NCBI GenBank assembly: GCA_947445225.1 | Contig: CANFCX010000002.1 | Location: forward strand, 26,119 to 90,118 | Origin: Rhodospirillales bacterium | GTDB lineage: Bacteria > Pseudomonadota > Alphaproteobacteria > CACIAM-22H2 | Direction of reading: 5' to 3' | Length of the DNA: 64,000 bases | Shown here: positions 58,810-64,000 of the stretch, in pieces | How positions within the stretch are numbered: the stretch's first letter is position 1 | Layout: every line of letters starts with the position of its first letter | Position numbers and translations under genes: made by a program | The notes under the pieces: generated by a model | Databases searched by the model: none | Seen by the model: only the letters and a program-made list of their open reading frames with translations | What the model was told of the DNA's origin: nothing

Positions 58810-59945
58810 CCGCGCCGACCGCAGCGGCCCGAAGCGGGAGGGAACCGCTTCGGGTTTTATTTTTTCTGCCCGACCTCGATCTGGGTGGCGCGCAACGGAC
58901 GGTCGTCAACTTGGTCAACAATCTGCCGCGAGCCGGTGTCGTGCCGATGCTGGCCGTGGCGCGGGCCGATGGACCAGCTCGCGAGTGGCTTGCGAAAGAT
59001 ATCAGCTTCGTCGATTTAGCCGCGGGCCGGTTGCGTGGCGCGGCCCTACCCCTCAGGCGTTTGATCACCGCGACTCGTCCAGACCTTGTTTTCGCGACCA
59101 TCGCACACGCCAATGTCGTCGCGACGTTGGCGACACTCGGGCTTTCACACCGGCCGGCTATCGTGTTGCGCGAGACCAACAGCCATCGCCATCGTCCCGA
59201 TCTGTCTTGGGCCAGCCGCGTGGCGATCGCCTGGGCCTATCGCCGCGCCGATGCCGTGGTGGCGCTTTCGAGCGGAGTCGGCCGCGAATTGACGGAATCC
59301 TACGGTCTCGATCCGAGGCGGGTCGTCACCATTCACAATCCGGTCGAGGTCGAACACATCGCCGCGAACGCGCGCACCGCCATTCGGCCATGGACAGCCG
59401 ACGCACCCGTGGTGATCGGGCTCGGGCGATTGGTCGCGCAGAAGGGTTTCGATCTTCTTCTCCGTGCTTTCGCGGCGGCGGCGCCGGACAATGCTCGGCT
59501 GGTCATCATCGGCGACGGCCCCGACCGCGGCGCCCTTCAACACCTTGCCGGCGAACTCCGCATCGAAGGCCGCGTCGGGATACGGACCAGCGTCGAGAAC
59601 ATCGCTCCCTGGCTGACCCACGCCGCCATGTTCGTCTTGTCGTCGCGTTGGGAGGGTTTCGGTCATGTCATCGTCGAGGCCATGGCCTGCGGCACTCCCG
59701 TGATCGCCGCGGATTGCCCATACGGTCCCGCCGACATCGTCCGCCATGATCGGGACGGGTTGCTGGTTCCGGCAACCCTCGGTGGACTGACCGACGGCAT
59801 GAAAAAGCTATTCGGCGATCCTGCCTTGGCCAGGCGCCTGGGGGCGGCGGCGGTCGAGTCTTCGCGCCGCTTCTCCGCCGACCGTATCGCCGCCCGTTAT
59901 GCGGACCTGTTCCATCGCCTTTGTGCCGCGAAGGAAGCCGCGTGA
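58782..59945 (+). CDS. glycosyltransferase family 4
   Basis: GT4 signatures (GRLVAQKGFDLLL, SRWEGFGHVIVEAMACGTPVIA); start uncertain (TTG 58806 possible). Confidence 0.7.
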   Translation: MVVVSEIPLTAPTAAARSGREPLRVLFFLPDLDLGGAQRTVVNLVNNLPRAGVVPMLAVARADGPAREWLAKDISFVDLAAGRLRGAALPLRRLITATRPDLVFATIAHANVVATLATLGLSHRPAIVLRETNSHRHRPDLSWASRVAIAWAYRRADAVVALSSGVGRELTESYGLDPRRVVTIHNPVEVEHIAANARTAIRPWTADAPVVIGLGRLVAQKGFDLLLRAFAAAAPDNARLVIIGDGPDRGALQHLAGELRIEGRVGIRTSVENIAPWLTHAAMFVLSSRWEGFGHVIVEAMACGTPVIAADCPYGPADIVRHDRDGLLVPATLGGLTDGMKKLFGDPALARRLGAAAVESSRRFSADRIAARYADLFHRLCAAKEAA

Positions 59946-61042
59946 GCACCGACCGTCGTATCCTGCATGTCATCACCGACCTCGATGTCGGCGGCGCCGA
60001 GAACATGCTGGCGACACTTCTTGAGGCAAGGCGGCCGAACGCACCCAAGGCTTCCGTGGTCAGCCTGACACCCGCCGGTCCCCTCGCCGAACGTATCGCC
60101 CACGCGGGTGTACCCGTCGCGGATCTGGGAATTGCCGGCGCGGGAGCGATTCTCCCCGGACTTTGGAGGCTCGCCGCCCATATTCGCTCGTGGAAGCCGC
60201 ACGCCATTCAAGGCTGGATGTATCACGGCAATCTCGCGGCGACCGTCGCCCTCGGTCTTTCCGGGCGACGCCGCGGGACCGGGCTCTACTGGGGCATTCG
60301 TTGCTCCGACATGGATCTCAGCCGATATGACCGGCAGTTGCGGTTGATCGTGCGGGCCGGAGCCCGCCTCTCCCACTTGCCCGACGCCATCGTTGCGAAT
60401 TCAGAGGCCGGCCGGACGACACATGAACGACTGGGCTACCAGGCACAGCGGTTTGACGTGATCGACAACGGCATCGACACCGAACGATTTCGCCCGGACC
60501 CCAGGGCACGGGCAGAGTTGCGGTCGTCTCTCGGCCTCGCCGAGGGAATGCCCGTGCTGATCCATGTTGCTCGCCGCGACCCGATGAAGGATCACGAAAC
60601 GATGCTCGCGAGTTTGGCCCAGTTGCCCGGGACCGCATTGCTGGTCGTCGGTTTGGGCACGGAGACGCTCCCCGAACGTGCCGGGCTTCATCGACTCGGG
60701 CGACGCGACGACGTCGCGCGCGTGTTGGCCGCCTCGGACCTGGTGGTTTCGTCCTCGGCTTTCGGCGAAGGTTTTCCGAGCGCGATCGCGGAGGGCATGG
60801 CCGCTGGGTTGCCGGCGGTCGCCACGGACGTCGGTGATTCCGCGCGCATCATTGGCGGGACCGGCCGAGTCGTGCCACCATCCGATCCGGTGGCGATGAG
60901 TGCCGCCATCGCCGGGCTCCTGAAGGAGGGACCGGAATCATTGGCCAAACGCGGCATCGCCGCTCGCCGACGGATCGAAGAGAATTTTTCCGTGGCCCGC
61001 GCCGCCGCCGCCTTCGACGCGCTCCACCTGGGTTTGACCTAA
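59942..61042 (+). CDS. glycosyltransferase family 4
   Basis: GT4 signatures (SSAFGEGFPSAIAEGMAAGLPAVATD); GTG 59942 (GTGA overlap). Confidence 0.75.
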   Translation: MSTDRRILHVITDLDVGGAENMLATLLEARRPNAPKASVVSLTPAGPLAERIAHAGVPVADLGIAGAGAILPGLWRLAAHIRSWKPHAIQGWMYHGNLAATVALGLSGRRRGTGLYWGIRCSDMDLSRYDRQLRLIVRAGARLSHLPDAIVANSEAGRTTHERLGYQAQRFDVIDNGIDTERFRPDPRARAELRSSLGLAEGMPVLIHVARRDPMKDHETMLASLAQLPGTALLVVGLGTETLPERAGLHRLGRRDDVARVLAASDLVVSSSAFGEGFPSAIAEGMAAGLPAVATDVGDSARIIGGTGRVVPPSDPVAMSAAIAGLLKEGPESLAKRGIAARRRIEENFSVARAAAAFDALHLGLT

Positions 61043-61044
61043 CC

Positions 61045-62949
61045 ATGTGCGGCATCGCCGGACTCGTCGATCTCGGCGGCATCAACCGGGCCATTGTGGC
61101 GCCGCGCTTGTCGGCGGCACTGGATCGCCTGAAGCGACGCGGCCCGGACGGCGAAGGAACCTGGTTCGACGAGCGTGCCGCTTTCGGCCATCGCCGGCTG
61201 GCCATTATCGACCTTACTCAAGCAGCGGCCCAACCGATGGCCGCCCATGGTTTCGTCGTCACCTATAATGGCGAAGTCTATAATTTCTCCGCGCTGCGCG
61301 AGGAGCTTGCGGCGCGCGGCCATCGCTTTCAGACCCAATCCGACACCGAAATCCTGCTTGCGGGTTGGCGCGAATGGGGCGAAGGCCTTCTCGACCGGAT
61401 TTCCGCCATGTTCGCCTTCGCCCTGTGGGATCCGGAAAAGGGCGAGTTGATCCTGGCGCGCGACCGCTTCGGCAAGAAGCCTCTATTGTTTCACCACGAC
61501 GGCAGGCGGCTGGCCTTTGCCTCCGATCTGATCGCCCTCGAAAAACTCGCGGGTGCCCAATTCCCCATCGATCCGGAGGCGTTGCGCCTCTATTTCGCCT
61601 TGCGCTTCGTCCCCGAGTCTCGATCGATCGCGGCCGGGGTTACCAAGCTTCCGCCGGGGCATCTTGTCCGATTCTCCGCGACCGGGATGAGCATTACGCG
61701 ATGGTATCGGCCGGAGAGAACCGCCGCGCCTGTCTTTGCCACGGAAGACGAAGCCGGGTCCGCGTTGAGGCGCCATTTGAAGACCGCGGTTGCGGATCGT
61801 TTGGTGGCCGATGTTCCGGTCGGCGCGTTTCTTTCCGGGGGCATCGATTCGTCCATCATCGCCGCGCTGATGGCCGAACGGGGTGGCACGGTGCGTACCT
61901 TTACCGTGGGTTTCGCCGACGCTCCCGAATATTACGAAGAAAGACCCGCGGCACAGGTGGTCGCCAACCATCTCGGCACCAAACACACCGAAATCGCGGT
62001 TTCGGCGAACGACGCATTGGCGGCTCTGCCGGAGGTGTTCGCCGGGCTCGATGAACCCTTTGCCGACAGCTCGGCGGTGCCGACCTATCTCGTTTCGCGA
62101 GCGACTCGCCAGCATGTGACGGTTGCCCTGTCGGGCGATGGCGCCGATGAAGTGTTTGGTGGCTATCGCCGTTATCAGGGCGAGTTGTATGCGGAGAGGT
62201 ATCGCCGCCTGCCGCGTTGGCTGCGAAAAAATGTCATCGAAACCCTGGTCGGCCTTCTGCCCGAGAGCAAGGACAATCCGGTGCTGGAGGCGAGCCGGCG
62301 GATCAAGCGTTTTGCCGCCCATGCCGGAAAGACCGCGACCGAGCGGCAGGCGGGCTGGGCGCGATCGCTGAACGAAGACGAACTCGACGCGTTGCTGGTC
62401 TCACCGGCGCCGACGGCGCCGACCGTGGAGGCGCTGGTCGGACAACTCCGCGAAGGCCAATCCGGAAGCGACCCGATCAATGTCATGCTGGGCACGGAAA
62501 TCGCGTTCGGCCTGCCCGGCGACATGCTGGTGAAGGTTGACCGCATGAGCATGGCCAACGGACTCGAAGTCAGATGCCCGTATTTGGATCACCACGTCAT
62601 CGAATGCGCCGCGGCGATGCCCGGCGGCTTCAAGCTGGCACCCGGCCTCGGCAAACGCATCCTTCGCCGTGCCTTCGCGGACGTTCTTCCGGCATCGGTC
62701 TTCGCGCGCCCCAAGAAAGGCTTCGAGTTGCCGGTCGCCGCGTGGTTGACCGGCGATCTGGCGGACGGCTTGCGGCGCGCCATCGATCCGGCGCGGCTCA
62801 AGCGCCAGGGTTTGTTTAGGCCGGAACCACCACAGCGCTGGCTGGCCGACCTAAAATCCGGCCGCCGCGATACGGCCTGGACCTTGTGGACACTGCTCGC
62901 CTTTCAGTCCTGGGCCGAGGCGCATGGCCGGCCGGAGGCGCACGCGTGA
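61045..62949 (+). CDS. asparagine synthetase B-type glutamine amidotransferase (copy 2)
   Basis: MCGIAG, PP-loop FLSGGIDSS. Confidence 0.85.
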   Translation: MCGIAGLVDLGGINRAIVAPRLSAALDRLKRRGPDGEGTWFDERAAFGHRRLAIIDLTQAAAQPMAAHGFVVTYNGEVYNFSALREELAARGHRFQTQSDTEILLAGWREWGEGLLDRISAMFAFALWDPEKGELILARDRFGKKPLLFHHDGRRLAFASDLIALEKLAGAQFPIDPEALRLYFALRFVPESRSIAAGVTKLPPGHLVRFSATGMSITRWYRPERTAAPVFATEDEAGSALRRHLKTAVADRLVADVPVGAFLSGGIDSSIIAALMAERGGTVRTFTVGFADAPEYYEERPAAQVVANHLGTKHTEIAVSANDALAALPEVFAGLDEPFADSSAVPTYLVSRATRQHVTVALSGDGADEVFGGYRRYQGELYAERYRRLPRWLRKNVIETLVGLLPESKDNPVLEASRRIKRFAAHAGKTATERQAGWARSLNEDELDALLVSPAPTAPTVEALVGQLREGQSGSDPINVMLGTEIAFGLPGDMLVKVDRMSMANGLEVRCPYLDHHVIECAAAMPGGFKLAPGLGKRILRRAFADVLPASVFARPKKGFELPVAAWLTGDLADGLRRAIDPARLKRQGLFRPEPPQRWLADLKSGRRDTAWTLWTLLAFQSWAEAHGRPEAHA

Positions 62950-64000
62950 AAATCTGCCAGCTCTGCGCCGTCGATTTCACGTTGCACACCTTTCTCTTGC
63001 CGCTGATGCGCGGCATGCGGGAGGCGGGGCATGAGGTCGTCGGCGTTTGTGCCGACGGACCACTTCTGGCGGGCGTGCGGGCGCAAGGATTCACCGTCGA
63101 GACCGTTCCTTTCGTCCGCGGCTACAAACCCTTGGCCCATCTCCGCGCCTTCCGCGCCTTGGTGCGGATATTTCGCCGCGAAAACTTCGACCTTGTTCAT
63201 ACCCATACACCGATCGGTGCCTTGATCGGCCGTCTGGCCGCCGCCTGGGCCGGCGTGCCGCGAATCGTTTATACCGCCCATGGCTTCTACTTCCACGACC
63301 GCATGCCTCTGTGGAAGCGGGCCTTGTTCATGGCGCTTGAATTCGTTCCGGGCCGCTTCACCGACATTCTGTTCACGCAGTCGGCGGAGGACGCGGCCAC
63401 CGCCCGACAATTCCGCCTGTGCCGCGGTGGGATCGTCGAGGCGATCGGCAATGGCGCCGATCCCGCGCGGTTCCACCCGGTGGCCGATGGCGATCGCGAG
63501 CGTAACGCTCTGCGCCGGCAGCTCGACACGCCTGACGAGGCCGTGGTCATCGTCACCGTGGGAAGGCTGGTCGCCGAAAAGGGTTATCCCGAACTTTTCA
63601 CGGCGATGCGCGAGGTGAACGCGATTTTATGGGCGGTCGGCGAAAGGTTGCCGAGCGACCATGCGGCAGGCATCGAGGCGGCGATCGAGACGGCGCAATC
63701 CGATCCCAATCGCCGGGTTCGCCTGCTTGGCTACCGCCCGGACATTCCCCATTTGCTGAGGGCCGCCGACATCTTCGTGCTGGCATCCCATCGCGAGGGC
63801 ATGCCCCGTTCGATCATCGAGGCCATGTTTACCGGCTTGCCCGTCGTGGCCACCGATATTCGCGGCTGCCGCGAAGAGGTTGCCGCGGAGTCGACCGGAA
63901 TTCTGGTGCCGGTCGAAGACCGGCCCGCGTTGGCGGCAGCCCTGAACCGGCTTGTCGTGGACCGGAGCCTGCGGGCGCGCATGGGTGCGGCCGGACGAGA
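62946..64000 (+). CDS. glycosyltransferase family 4, 3-prime truncated by window end
   Basis: Hand-read frame from GTG 62946 (GTGA overlap): VKICQLCAVDFTLHTFLLPL... with GT4 C-domain (ASHREGMPRSIIEAMFTGLPVVATD); no stop before 64000. Confidence 0.7.
   Translation, partial: MKICQLCAVDFTLHTFLLPLMRGMREAGHEVVGVCADGPLLAGVRAQGFTVETVPFVRGYKPLAHLRAFRALVRIFRRENFDLVHTHTPIGALIGRLAAAWAGVPRIVYTAHGFYFHDRMPLWKRALFMALEFVPGRFTDILFTQSAEDAATARQFRLCRGGIVEAIGNGADPARFHPVADGDRERNALRRQLDTPDEAVVIVTVGRLVAEKGYPELFTAMREVNAILWAVGERLPSDHAAGIEAAIETAQSDPNRRVRLLGYRPDIPHLLRAADIFVLASHREGMPRSIIEAMFTGLPVVATDIRGCREEVAAESTGILVPVEDRPALAAALNRLVVDRSLRARMGAAGR

Noticed and set aside
1-64000. CRISPR arrays, insertion sequences, integrases, rRNA/tRNA genes
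   Set aside because: No regularly spaced direct repeats, no transposase/integrase-like translations in any frame, and no rRNA/tRNA-like conserved sequence blocks were seen on reading the window.

Overview
High-GC (about 65%) alphaproteobacterial-type chromosomal window. The first ~23.8 kb is conserved housekeeping: rpoH, a thermonuclease, pip, a PagL-like lipid A deacylase, a double-domain csp, an ECF sigma/anti-sigma pair, a PQQ-type sugar dehydrogenase, dapF-mtaB-ftsY, ffh, rpsP-rimM-trmD-rplS, leuC-leuD-leuB, asd, rpe and a heparinase II/III-like protein. From ~23.9 kb to the window end (over 40 kb, continuing beyond 64000) lies one co-directional, tightly overlapping (ATGA/GTGA/TTGA junctions) glycan-biosynthesis super-operon. 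It opens with a winged-helix regulator, a NusG/RfaH-family paralog and an ops-like leader element. It encodes two NeuB-type nonulosonic acid synthases, a DAHP-synthase-type paralog next to an AroE-type dehydrogenase and a Gfo/Idh/MocA oxidoreductase, four cytidylyltransferase domains (one fused to a GT2), three AsnB-type amidoligases, a HisH/HisF/WbuX acetamidino module, a PseB-like dehydratase plus RmlD-like reductase, carbamoyl-, formyl- and several methyl-transferases, a deacetylase, a PhyH-type dioxygenase, KpsC/KpsS-like proteins, an MsbA-like ABC exporter and at least seven glycosyltransferases. No rRNA, tRNA, CRISPR or mobile-element genes were recognised. Many long antisense ORFs in the track are high-GC artefacts. 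Coordinates of starts were refined by hand from the track and are approximate where alternative in-frame starts exist.
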